Part shown: in pieces, positions 10,082 to 19,067 of the stretch | Layout: the number at the start of each line of letters is the position of its first letter | Numbering within the stretch: the first letter of the stretch is position 1 | Origin: an uncultured Chloroflexia bacterium | Lineage (GTDB): Bacteria > Chloroflexota > Dormibacteria > Aeolococcales > Aeolococcaceae | Direction: 5' to 3' | DNA: 64,000 bases | Assembly (NCBI GenBank): GCA_963841385.1 | Contig: CAWJCO010000006.1 | Location: 48,883 to 112,882, forward strand | Translations under genes and position numbers: made by a program | Notes under the pieces: model-generated | The model's database searches: none | Told to the model about the DNA's origin: nothing | What the model saw: the letters and a program-made list of their open reading frames with translations, nothing else

Positions 10082-10366
10082 CTACAGGACACGGAGCAGC
10101 TTCTGGCGCAGGGCCTCCAGGCTCTCGAAATCACCGATCGATGGCCGGGCGGGCGTCTTGCCCGGGAACTTGAGGTGCTGAACCGCCTCCGCCAGCAGCT
10201 CGATCTCCTCCTCGCTGAGACGCACCGAGCGCAGGTTGTGGGTCGGCGCCGCCGGCACCGGGTGGACCGGAGGTTCGGGGAGGGCGGGCTCGACCGGGGC
10301 GGGCTCGTCGGTGCTGCGGAACAGCTCGTCCGAGCCCCGCAGCTGGGCGCGGCGGAAGCCGGGCAT
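10082..10366 (-). CDS. Small protein downstream of ParA (putative ParA partner)
   Basis: 94 aa, MPGFRRAQLRGSDELFRST...VRLSEEEIELLAEAV; ATG overlaps parA TGA. Confidence 0.65.
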   Translation of the reverse strand: MPGFRRAQLRGSDELFRSTDEPAPVEPALPEPPVHPVPAAPTHNLRSVRLSEEEIELLAEAVQHLKFPGKTPARPSIGDFESLEALRQKLLRVL

Positions 10367-11199
10367 CACGGGCGCCCGGCCCGTGCCCCGGATCGTGCCG
10401 GCGCCGGCTCCTCCTTGGCGGCGGTTTGCTCGGCGCCGCGCGCCATGACGGTGCGGGCGAGGCTGCGGTAGGCCCTGGCGCCGGGCAACTCGGGGGCGTA
10501 CTGAAGGATCGAGAGGCCGGCCAGCGGGGTCTCGGCGAAACGGATCGACGCGTCGACCCGGACGTCGAAGACCTCGTCGCCGTAGCGCTCCTTGACCAGC
10601 TCGAGGACCTCCTGGCTGTGCAGGGTGCGCGGCTTGTAGATGGTGGGCAGGATGCCGGCGATGGTCAGCTGCGGGTTGAGCTTTGCCCGGACCCGGTCGA
10701 TGGTCCGCTGGAGCTGCTGCATCCCCTTCATCCCGAAGTACTCGCACTGGAGCGGGATGATCACCTCGGTGGCGACGACCAGGGCGTTGACGCAGAGCAG
10801 GCCGAGCGAGGGCGGGCAGTCGATGACCGCGAAGTCGAACTCGGGCAGCAGCGGGGTCAGCTTCTCCTGCAGCACCAACTCGCGGCCGAACTCGGTGACC
10901 AGCTGGAGCTCCGCGCCGGAGAGCTCGATGTTGGCGGGCAGGAAGTCGAGCCCGATCGGCTCGGAGCGCAGGCGGGCCTCGGCCGCGGTGGTGGACGGCT
11001 CGGTGAGGATGTTGTAGACGGTCACCTCGAGCTCGTCGGGCCGGCGGACTCCCATGTTGAGGGTCAGGTGGCCCTGGGGGTCGAGATCCACAGCCAGCAC
11101 CCGGGCTCCGGCCTCGGCGAGCGCGGCGGCCAGGTTGACGGCGGTGGTGGTCTTGCCGACGCCGCCCTTCTGGTTGGCGATGGCGATGACCCGGGTCAC
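10366..11199 (-). CDS. parA: ParA/Soj-family ATPase
   Basis: NQKGGVGKTTT deviant Walker A, DLDPQG, IDCPPSLG, SIRFAETP. Confidence 0.92.
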   Translation of the reverse strand: MTRVIAIANQKGGVGKTTTAVNLAAALAEAGARVLAVDLDPQGHLTLNMGVRRPDELEVTVYNILTEPSTTAAEARLRSEPIGLDFLPANIELSGAELQLVTEFGRELVLQEKLTPLLPEFDFAVIDCPPSLGLLCVNALVVATEVIIPLQCEYFGMKGMQQLQRTIDRVRAKLNPQLTIAGILPTIYKPRTLHSQEVLELVKERYGDEVFDVRVDASIRFAETPLAGLSILQYAPELPGARAYRSLARTVMARGAEQTAAKEEPAPARSGARAGRP

Positions 11200-11344
11200 C
11201 GAGGGACCCGGGCAGCGGGGGTAGAGGATGCTGTCGAACAGATGCGCCGCACTGAGCCGGTATCATAGCGGACCCTGCACGTTGCCAAAGCCGATCTCGG
11301 CGGCGGGCTGAGCGATCGGATTACCAAGCTGAGGGAGTCTGTAC

Positions 11345-12220
11345 GTGACGGAAGCCGAACGTGTCAAGCCGCGCAGCCTGTATGTCGAGGAGGCGATTCA
11401 GGCAGCGCTGGAGAGCCGGTGGCAGGATGCCGTCGCCATCAATCGCGCCCTCATCGACCGCCATGGTGGTGACGACGAGACGTACAACCGGATCGGCAAG
11501 GCGCTGACCGAGCTCGGCGAGCACCAGCCGGCTCTGGACGCCTACTCCCAGGCGCTCCAGCTCAACCCGCTAAACGTCATCGCCCAGAAGAACGTCCGCA
11601 AGCTCCAGCAGCTCCTCGACAGCCGGGCCAAGCTGGGCGGCGCCAAGGGCGCCATCGATGTCGACCTCTTCGCCGAGGAGCCGGGGAAGAGCGCGCTGAC
11701 CGTGCTCAACCCGCCCCGCTCGGGGGTGATCTCGGTGGTGGCACCCGGCGACGTCGTCGAGCTCCACCTCCAGGATGGCGGTCTCCAGGCTCAGACCACC
11801 CGCGGTGTCGTGCTCGGCGACGTCGACAGCAAGATCGCCCGGCGCCTCGTCCCCCTGATCGGGAGCGGCAACCGCTACACCGCGGTCGTCGCGAGGGTCG
11901 ATGAGAGCCAGATCGAGGTCATCATCCGCGAGGCCTTCCAGTCTGCCGAGAACGCCCGCAAGTCGTCCTTCCCGGTGAGCCGCCAGAAGCGCGAGGAGTT
12001 CCGCCCCTACACCAAGGATTCCCTGCTCGCCCAGCGCGGCGTTGACGAGGCCGACCTCGGGGACGGCGACGACGACGACGATGTGGCCGGGACCCCGGAG
12101 CCCGGGGAGGAGCTGGAGCCGCTGGCCGCCGCGGAGGATTACGAGGAACCCGCGCCCCTCGAGGACGTCGAGGAGGAGGACGACACCGACGAGGACGTGC
12201 GCCCGGAGGACCAGTACTGA
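11345..12220 (+). CDS. TPR protein with HIRAN-like middle domain and acidic tail
   Basis: TPR helices (TYNRIGKALTELG...AYSQALQLNPLN); GVVLGDV..IARRLVPLIGSGNRYTAVV; D/E-rich C-terminus. Confidence 0.7.
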   Translation: MTEAERVKPRSLYVEEAIQAALESRWQDAVAINRALIDRHGGDDETYNRIGKALTELGEHQPALDAYSQALQLNPLNVIAQKNVRKLQQLLDSRAKLGGAKGAIDVDLFAEEPGKSALTVLNPPRSGVISVVAPGDVVELHLQDGGLQAQTTRGVVLGDVDSKIARRLVPLIGSGNRYTAVVARVDESQIEVIIREAFQSAENARKSSFPVSRQKREEFRPYTKDSLLAQRGVDEADLGDGDDDDDVAGTPEPGEELEPLAAAEDYEEPAPLEDVEEEDDTDEDVRPEDQY

Positions 12221-12262
12221 GGAGGGCCACCGAGACCTCACCGCGCGGGCCGTGCTCGACCG

Positions 12263-14983
12263 GTGGGTCTGACGCTGGCACAATCCTCGTCAACACCCAT
12301 GCCGCCCTCCGCCAGCCGGTCGCCCTGGCCCCTTGTCGGTCGGCACGAGGAGCTGACCCTGCTCGCTCGAGAGCTGGACCGTCCCGCCTCGTGCGGCGTG
12401 ATCATCGCGGGCGCCTCCGGGGTCGGCAAGACCCGGCTCCGCGCCGAGGCCCTGACCCGGCTCCGCCGCGACGGCTGGCTGGTCCGGGAGGTCACCGCCA
12501 CCCAGGCGGCGGCGACCATCCCCTTCGGCCCGCTCGCGCCGCTGCTCCCGGAGGCCCTCTCGATGAGCCCGCTCGACGTCCTCCGTCACAGCGTCCGAGG
12601 GCTGCGCCAGGAGCGCGGGAGCGGGCGGATGGTGGTCTCCGTCGATGACGCGCAGCTCCTCGACGCCGCGTCCGCCGCGCTTCTCCACCAGCTGGCGAGC
12701 ACCCAGACGGCATCGCTGCTGCTGACCGCCCGCTCCGGTGAGCCGCTGCCCGACTCGATCATGGGGCTTCGCAAGGAGGGGGCGATCGGCTGGATCGAGC
12801 TCCAGCCCCTCTCCCGCACCGAGGTGGAGGCGCTGCTCGGGCAGGTGCTCGACGGCCACGTCGATGCCGGCACCCGGCGCGAGCTCGGCCGGCTGAGCCA
12901 GGGCAACGCGCTCTTCCTCCACGAGCTGGTCGAGATCGGGCTCGAATCCGGCGCCCTGGCGGAGCGGGACGGTGTCTGGCGGTGGGAGGGGGAGCCGGTG
13001 GCGGCCGGGGGCCCGCTCGAGGCCATCGAACAGCGTCTCCGACCTCTCTCGCGGCCCCAGCGCGAGGCGGCCGAGGCGCTGGCCCTCGCCGAGCCGCTTC
13101 CGCTCGACGTGCTGGAGCGCCTGGTGGTGCCGGCCGTGATCCGGGACCTCGAGGCGGCGGCGGTGATCACCACCACCACGGTGAACGAGAAGTACCACCG
13201 GCGCTGGCAGGTGAGGCTCGCCCACCCGCTCTACGCCGAGGCGCTGCGGGGGGGTCTGACGCCGCTGCGCCGGCGCGAGCTGCTGGGGCGCCTCGGCGAC
13301 GCCCTCGAGGCCACCCCGCTGCGGCGCGGGGACGACCCCAGCCGGCTGGCCATGATCAGGCTCGAAGCCGGTCAGCGGGTCAATGCCGACGCCGCCCTCG
13401 CGGCGGCCCGCTGGATGCTGGGCTCGGGGCGCTTCGACACCGCCGAGGCGCTGGCGCAGGCGGCGGTCGACGCGGGCGGGGGCTTCCCCGCCGAGATCGC
13501 CCTCTCCCGGGCCATGACCGGGCTGCGCCGGCCGCTGGAGGCCCAGGCGGTCCTCGACGCCGCCTGTCCCGTGGGGGCCGAGCAGCGGGCCGAGCTGGCG
13601 CTCACCAGTGCCCAGAACCTCCACTTCGGGCTGGGGCGCGGCGAGCGCGCCCTCGCCGTCCTCCGGGAGGCGGTGGCCGGCGTCCCCGAAGGTCCCTGGG
13701 CTCACGAGCTGGCGGTGACCCAGGCCCTCTTCGAGTTCTCGGCCGGCCGCCTCGAGGCCGCCGTGGAGCTCGCCACCGCGGTCGTCGAGGACGCGGGCGC
13801 GGCGCCCCCGGCGAGGATCGGCGCCATCGGCATCCTCGGCCTGGCCCTGGCCTTCTCGGGTCGACCGCTGCAGGCCATCACCGCCCTCGACTCCGGCATG
13901 GAGCTGCTCCGGGACAGCCCCGAGCTGCTCTCCACCCGTTCCAACCTGCTCATCGGGAGGTGGAACGCACTCTGGTTCGCGGGGCTCGTCCCCGAAGCGC
14001 GGCGGCTCGCCGAGGAGGTCCACGATCGGCTGGTCGAGGCCAGCCTGGAGCCGCTGCGCGGCTACTGGACCGGGCTGGTTGGCTGGGCGGCGCTGCTGAG
14101 CGGGAGGACCCGGACGGCCCGCGAGTGGCTCGAGGAGGGCACCGCTATCTGCGCTCGCTACATGGCCGCCGGTGGCCACCTGACCGCCCTCGAGGGGGTC
14201 CTGGCCCAGGCCAACTGCCTCCGCGGCGACCTTCAGCGAGCCGCCACAGCTCTCGCGGCAGCGCGCAGCGCGGTCGTGGCCCCGTCGACCGAGCTGCCCT
14301 GGCTCGAGCTCTGTCAGGCCTGGGTCCTCTGGGCCCACGACGACGCCGGCGCGGCCGCTCCCGCCGCGCTGCGTGCCGCCGCCGGCTGGCGCCGGGCCGG
14401 CTTCCGCCCCCTGGAGGCGTGGGCGCTCCATGACGCCGCCCGCCTGGGTGATCCCTCCGGGGACGAGCGGCTGCGCAGCCTCGCCGGCGAGTGCGAGGGG
14501 GAGCTCGTCCCCGCCCTCGCGGCTCACGTGCACGCCCTGGTCGAGGCCGACGCTCCGGGCCTGGAGCGCGCCTCCGTCGAGTTCGAGCGGATCGGCCTGG
14601 TCCTCTTCGCGGCCGAGGCGGCGGCGGAGGCGGCCGACGCCCACCGCCGGGCCGGGCTGCCGAACCGGGCCCGGGTCCCGATGCTGCGCAGCGCGGCACT
14701 GGCGGCGGACTGCGAGGGGAGCCGGTCCCCGGCTCTCGGCCGCATCTCCACCCGCGGCACCCTCACCGATCGCGAGCTCCAGGTGGCCCGGATGGCCTCC
14801 GGGGGCGCGACCAGCGCCGACGTCGCCGCCCGCCTCGGGCTCTCGGTGCGCACCGTCGAGAACCACCTCCAGCAGGCCTACTCCAAGCTGGGCGTCAGCT
14901 CGCGGGCCCAGCTCGCCGCCATCCTGGGCATGATCCCGGAGCCGGACCGGCAGCCTGACCTGAGTACCGAATCCGGCCGCTGA
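12263..14983 (+). CDS. LAL-family regulator (AAA ATPase plus C-terminal LuxR HTH)
   Basis: LVGRHEEL, GASGVGKT, VDDAQLLD, GNALFL, LTDRELQVARMASGG...SVRTVENHL..AYSKLGV. Confidence 0.9.
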   Translation: MGLTLAQSSSTPMPPSASRSPWPLVGRHEELTLLARELDRPASCGVIIAGASGVGKTRLRAEALTRLRRDGWLVREVTATQAAATIPFGPLAPLLPEALSMSPLDVLRHSVRGLRQERGSGRMVVSVDDAQLLDAASAALLHQLASTQTASLLLTARSGEPLPDSIMGLRKEGAIGWIELQPLSRTEVEALLGQVLDGHVDAGTRRELGRLSQGNALFLHELVEIGLESGALAERDGVWRWEGEPVAAGGPLEAIEQRLRPLSRPQREAAEALALAEPLPLDVLERLVVPAVIRDLEAAAVITTTTVNEKYHRRWQVRLAHPLYAEALRGGLTPLRRRELLGRLGDALEATPLRRGDDPSRLAMIRLEAGQRVNADAALAAARWMLGSGRFDTAEALAQAAVDAGGGFPAEIALSRAMTGLRRPLEAQAVLDAACPVGAEQRAELALTSAQNLHFGLGRGERALAVLREAVAGVPEGPWAHELAVTQALFEFSAGRLEAAVELATAVVEDAGAAPPARIGAIGILGLALAFSGRPLQAITALDSGMELLRDSPELLSTRSNLLIGRWNALWFAGLVPEARRLAEEVHDRLVEASLEPLRGYWTGLVGWAALLSGRTRTAREWLEEGTAICARYMAAGGHLTALEGVLAQANCLRGDLQRAATALAAARSAVVAPSTELPWLELCQAWVLWAHDDAGAAAPAALRAAAGWRRAGFRPLEAWALHDAARLGDPSGDERLRSLAGECEGELVPALAAHVHALVEADAPGLERASVEFERIGLVLFAAEAAAEAADAHRRAGLPNRARVPMLRSAALAADCEGSRSPALGRISTRGTLTDRELQVARMASGGATSADVAARLGLSVRTVENHLQQAYSKLGVSSRAQLAAILGMIPEPDRQPDLSTESGR

Positions 14984-15029
14984 GTACCCGAGGGCGCTCC
15001 CGGTTCGCGGCTGGGTACTCCGGTACTCA
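14961..15029. promoter_or_regulatory. Four TGAGTACC/GGTACTC(A) boxes in nested inverted arrangement
   Basis: TGAGTACCG 14961, TGAGTACCC 14981, GGGTACTC 15013, CGGTACTCA 15021; upstream of -10-like TAGCCT at 15052. Confidence 0.55.
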
Positions 15030-15065
15030 TGACTCCGTCGGCGGCGATCCCTAGCCTGGCGGTCG

Positions 15066-15260
15066 ATGAACCGGGAGACGGCCCTGGCGACGCTCACCCC
15101 GGCCTACGCGGAGGCCCTGCGCCTGCGCGACCAGGGTGTCGACCACGCCGCCATCGCCCGCGCGCTGGATCTGCCCTTGGAGGCGGTGCCCAACCTGCTG
15201 GAGTTGGCCCAGGCGAAGCTCGACACCCTGCTGGTGCTGCCCGCCGGGGAGGTCGATTGA
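15066..15260 (+). CDS. Small sigma-70 region-4-like HTH protein
   Basis: 64 aa: ALATLTPAYAEALRLRDQGVDHAAIARALDLPLEAVPNLLELAQAKL. Confidence 0.7.
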   Translation: MNRETALATLTPAYAEALRLRDQGVDHAAIARALDLPLEAVPNLLELAQAKLDTLLVLPAGEVD

Positions 15261-15320
15261 ATGTTGGAGGATGAGATCGGAGTCGCTCCGAGAGGGGGAG
15301 GGATGCTCCGAGAGGGGATG

Positions 15321-15342
15321 CCCCCACCGCCGGTGGGGGTTG
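15321..15342 (+). terminator. GC hairpin, possible terminator
   Basis: CCCCCACC-GCC-GGTGGGGG perfect 8-bp stem followed by a short TTGT tail. Confidence 0.35.
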
Positions 15343-15435
15343 TGCTGACGGAGACCGCGCCGGCCGGGGGGACCGGCGCGCCTTCCGCAATGCGTTCATG
15401 CGTGACATCACGCCAAGAGACCTGGAGGTAACCGT

Positions 15436-16062
15436 ATGGCAGACCTGTGGAACAACGCGCTGGTGGAGCCCACCTGGCTCACCACCAACCCGCCGCTCAA
15501 GGTGAACGTACCGGCCAAGACCTACGGGCTGGTGCTCGGGATCCTGGCGGTGCTCGGCGCGATTGGCGCTTTGATCGCCACGATCGCCGCTTTCACATTC
15601 TCGGCCACGATTGGATCGCTCGCCACCTCCGTCTGCAATTACGACCACTCCATCGGGCTCAGCCCCGCGGGCTGCAACCTCGCGACCGGCTCTTCCATCG
15701 CCGGCCTCGGGGAGCTCGTGGTGCTCGTCGCCATGGTCCTCGGAGCCTGGGGCGGCTTCCAGATGTACCAGGGCGTCCACCGCGGCAGGGCGCTGCTCGC
15801 CTACGCCATGGCCCTCGCCGTGGTCGGCCAGCTCGTCTACCTGATCCTCTGGGGGATCGGGGCGGCCATCGCCTTCTTCATCGTCTACCTGATCGTCTAC
15901 GCGGTCATCTACTACTTCCTGGTGATCAGCAGGTTCCCCGACGAGGCGCCGCTGGTCCCCGCCGCCGCCACCCCCGCCGGCTACCCGCCCTACGGGCCTC
16001 CGCCCAACTACCCGCAGCCTCCCCAGGGTCCCTACCCGCCGCAGGGCCCACCTCAGAGCTGA
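15436..16062 (+). CDS. Membrane protein with Pro-rich C-terminal tail
   Basis: SD GGAGG; about four hydrophobic segments; C-terminal PPYGPPPNYPQPPQGPYPP. Confidence 0.75.
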   Translation: MADLWNNALVEPTWLTTNPPLKVNVPAKTYGLVLGILAVLGAIGALIATIAAFTFSATIGSLATSVCNYDHSIGLSPAGCNLATGSSIAGLGELVVLVAMVLGAWGGFQMYQGVHRGRALLAYAMALAVVGQLVYLILWGIGAAIAFFIVYLIVYAVIYYFLVISRFPDEAPLVPAAATPAGYPPYGPPPNYPQPPQGPYPPQGPPQS

Positions 16063-16224
16063 ATCAGTCTCACCTCAACCCCCAGGTCGGGAGGGCCGAG
16101 GCCGGCAGCGGTCCCGGCCCTCCTCCGGGGTCGCCCGGGCCCGCGTGGGTGCGGTGCGCTGGTCCGCTCAGCCCGGTCGGGTGCTGAGCCGCCGGTCGCC
16201 GGGTCGAGCCCGGGCCGGCCAGCC

Positions 16225-17064
16225 TCAGCCCGACCAGCGCGCCGACCCGCCGGTGGTCCGCCAGGCCCAGGACATGTGGGGAGCGTTGTGGGCGACCCCC
16301 GGGCGGCCGGCGGCATCGACGACGATGATCCCGCCCTGGCCGTTGACCCTCGCCTCCAGCTCCTCGATGAGCCGGCCGGCGGCGGTCTGGGCGTCCATCC
16401 CGCCCGCCAGCAGCTCGACCGCCCGCCGGCATCCCACCAGGCGGACGAAGTCCTCGCCGTGCCCGGTGGCGCAGGCCGCCCCGGCGAGGTCGGCGTAGAA
16501 GCCGGCGCCGCAGAGCGCGCTGTCGCCCACTCGCCCGGGCAGCTTCCCCGCGATGCCGCCGGTGGACACGGCGACCGCGAGGCCACCCCGGTCGTCGCGG
16601 CAGACCGCCCCGACCGTGCCCCCCAGGGAGCCGTCGTGGCGCCGGGCGGCGCCCGCCAGCCGAGCCGGATCGGTCGGGGCGAGGCCGCATTCGATCCCGA
16701 ACCGCGAGGCTCCGGCGCCGCTCAGCAGCACGTGGCGGCCGTCCTCCATCACCGCGCGGGCCAGCTCCACCGGGTTGGCGAAGTCGGTGACCCCGGTCAC
16801 CGCGCCGGTGCGCACTCCCGCGGCCACCATCACCCCGGCGTCCAGCTCCACCCCGCCGGTCGCGGTGAGCACGGCACCGGTCCCCGCGTTGAAGAGGGGC
16901 TCGTCCTCCAGGACCCGGACCGCGGCCACCGCCGCGTCCAGCGCCCCGCCGCCGGCGGCGTCGAAACCGGCCTGCAGGGCCCGCTCCAGGGCGGCGTCGA
17001 TCTCGGCCCGCCGGGCCCTCCGGTCGAGCCGGCCGGCGCCTCCGTGGACGACCAGGGTTGGCAT
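16225..17064 (-). CDS. iaaA: Isoaspartyl peptidase/L-asparaginase (Ntn hydrolase)
   Basis: VVHGGAG, LEDEPLFNAGTG, GTVGAV nucleophile Thr, STGG, GRVGDS, TGHGE. Confidence 0.88.
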   Translation of the reverse strand: MPTLVVHGGAGRLDRRARRAEIDAALERALQAGFDAAGGGALDAAVAAVRVLEDEPLFNAGTGAVLTATGGVELDAGVMVAAGVRTGAVTGVTDFANPVELARAVMEDGRHVLLSGAGASRFGIECGLAPTDPARLAGAARRHDGSLGGTVGAVCRDDRGGLAVAVSTGGIAGKLPGRVGDSALCGAGFYADLAGAACATGHGEDFVRLVGCRRAVELLAGGMDAQTAAGRLIEELEARVNGQGGIIVVDAAGRPGVAHNAPHMSWAWRTTGGSARWSG

Positions 17065-17127
17065 CTGCGCATTCTCGTCTGATGGAGCGGAGGCGGCGGC
17101 GCACTCACCGCATAGACTTCGCGCCAT

Positions 17128-18381
17128 ATGAGCGCGCTGCAAAGTCCGGCGCGGGGCCGTGCCGGCGGCTTCGTCGATTGGATCGGCGCGGCGGCGCAGC
17201 GCCGGCGGGCCGTCACCGAGGCCTTGGTCGACACCTTCGCCTCCTGGGGCTACGAGTACCTGGCGACTCCCCTGGTCGAGCCGCTCGAGACCGTGGCCGC
17301 CGGGGTCGGCGGAGGTCTGCAGACCCAGCTCTTCCGGTTCATGGACGCGGACGGCAGCCTGCTCGCCCTGGTGGGGGAGCGCACCGTGAGCGTCGCCCGG
17401 GTGGTCGCCACCCAGCTCCAGGGGTCACCGCCGCCGCTCCGCCTCTGCTACGCGGGGCCGGTGCTCTTCAACCGCGCGCCACTCGGGGGCCGACGCCGCG
17501 AGGCGATGCAGGCGGGCTGCGAGCTGATCGGGCATCCCGGGCTGGCCGCCGACGCCGAGTGCATCGCGGTCGCCGCTGCCGCGCTGGAGAGGGCCGGGAT
17601 CGCCGGCGTCCAGATCGACGTCGGACACGCCGACTTCGTCCCCTCGCTGCTCGACTCCGCCAACCTCGATGCCGCCTCCCGCGCGCGGGTGGCGGAGGCG
17701 CTCCGCGCGCGCGACCTGGTGGCGGTCGAGGAGGCGCTGCGCGGGACCGAGGCGGGCGACGCCGAGCGCGAGCTGCTGCTCGCCTTCCCCACCCTCCGGG
17801 GGGGCCGGGAGATCCTCGACACGGCCGGCTCGCGGATCACCGCCCCGCGGCCGCGCCGTGTCCTCGCCGACCTGGCCGAGCTCTGGACGGTCCTCGACCG
17901 GCATGGCATCACCGCCAGCGTGCATCTCGACCTGGGGGCGGTGCGCGACTGGGACTACTACACCGGTCCGACCTTCGAGCTGTTCAGCGCCGACCTCGGC
18001 TGGCCACTGGGCACCGGTGGGCGGTACGACAGGCTGCTGGAGGCCTTCGGCGCCGGCGCGCCCGCCACCGGATTCGTCCTCCACGTGGACCGCTGCTGCG
18101 ACGCCCTGCTGCGCGGAGCCGGCGAGAACGGCGGCGCCCCGGTGCTGCGGCTCGGCTACGCCGCGGAGCAGGCGCGCGAGGCCCTCACGGTGGCCTCCCG
18201 GCTCCGCGGCGCCGGCGTCGCGGTGGCGCTCGACCTGGAGCCTTCCGTCCTGCGCCCCGGCGAACCGCTGGGCGACGGTCGCGCCCACCTCGACGGCGGG
18301 GGCTTCCGCTGGCGGCTGCGCGGGCGCGAGGGCGGCGGGCTGGACGCCCTCCTGGCCGCCAGCGCCGAGGACGCCGGGTGA
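17128..18381 (+). CDS. hisZ: ATP phosphoribosyltransferase regulatory subunit
   Basis: HisRS-like fold: WGYEYLATP, QAGCELIG, DLGAVRDWDYYTG, GGRYD; precedes short hisG. Confidence 0.88.
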   Translation: MSALQSPARGRAGGFVDWIGAAAQRRRAVTEALVDTFASWGYEYLATPLVEPLETVAAGVGGGLQTQLFRFMDADGSLLALVGERTVSVARVVATQLQGSPPPLRLCYAGPVLFNRAPLGGRRREAMQAGCELIGHPGLAADAECIAVAAAALERAGIAGVQIDVGHADFVPSLLDSANLDAASRARVAEALRARDLVAVEEALRGTEAGDAERELLLAFPTLRGGREILDTAGSRITAPRPRRVLADLAELWTVLDRHGITASVHLDLGAVRDWDYYTGPTFELFSADLGWPLGTGGRYDRLLEAFGAGAPATGFVLHVDRCCDALLRGAGENGGAPVLRLGYAAEQAREALTVASRLRGAGVAVALDLEPSVLRPGEPLGDGRAHLDGGGFRWRLRGREGGGLDALLAASAEDAG

Positions 18382-19067
18382 CCGGCGGGCTGCGGATCGC
18401 GCTTCCCGCCGGGGCCCTCTTCGAGGACGCCTGCCGCCTGCTGGCCGCTGCGGGTGTCGCCGAGATCGACCCGGCCCGGCTGGACCGCCAGCTCAGCCTG
18501 GTGACCCGGTCGGCGACGGTCGTCAAGGTGCGGCCGACCGACGTGCCCGTCTACGTGGAGATGGGGGCCTGCGACGCCGGCATCGTCGGCAAGGACATCC
18601 TCTGGGAGTCACCGCGCGACTGCTACGAGCTGGTCGACCTCCGCTTCGGCGCCTGCCGGCTGGTGCTGGCCGCGCCGGAGGGCTCGCCGCTCACCCGAGG
18701 CAGCTTCCCCCGATCGCTCCGCGCCGCCACCAAGTACCCGGTGGCCGCCCGCCGTCACTTCGACTCGATGGGGCTCGCGGTGGAGCTGATCAAGCTCCAT
18801 GGGTCGGTGGAGCTGGCCCCGGCGATGGGGCTCGCGGACTGCGTCGTCGACATCACCGCCAGCGGCCGGACGCTCACCGCCAACCACCTCGTGGAGGTGG
18901 CCGAGGCGGGCCGCTCCACCGCTCGGCTGATCTCCAACCAGGCCTCCCTCAAGACCCGCAGCGGGGCGGTCAACCAGCTCGCGGCGGCGCTCCGCCGCAC
19001 CGTGATGGGCGTGGACATCGGCCCCGGATCCGCTCCCCCCGCCAGGGGAGGGCGGAGCGCGCCGTGA
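18378..19067 (+). CDS. hisG: ATP phosphoribosyltransferase, short form
   Basis: RIALPAG, VRPTDVPVYV, GIVGKD, ATKYP, GSVELAP, DITASGRTL; GTGA overlap. Confidence 0.93.
   Translation: MTGGLRIALPAGALFEDACRLLAAAGVAEIDPARLDRQLSLVTRSATVVKVRPTDVPVYVEMGACDAGIVGKDILWESPRDCYELVDLRFGACRLVLAAPEGSPLTRGSFPRSLRAATKYPVAARRHFDSMGLAVELIKLHGSVELAPAMGLADCVVDITASGRTLTANHLVEVAEAGRSTARLISNQASLKTRSGAVNQLAAALRRTVMGVDIGPGSAPPARGGRSAP

Noticed and set aside
15261-15431. 56-aa ORF or riboswitch-like region with repeated GCTCCGAGAGGGG and two hairpins
   Set aside because: No recognisable riboswitch consensus and the peptide looks non-coding; kept only as a possible terminator.
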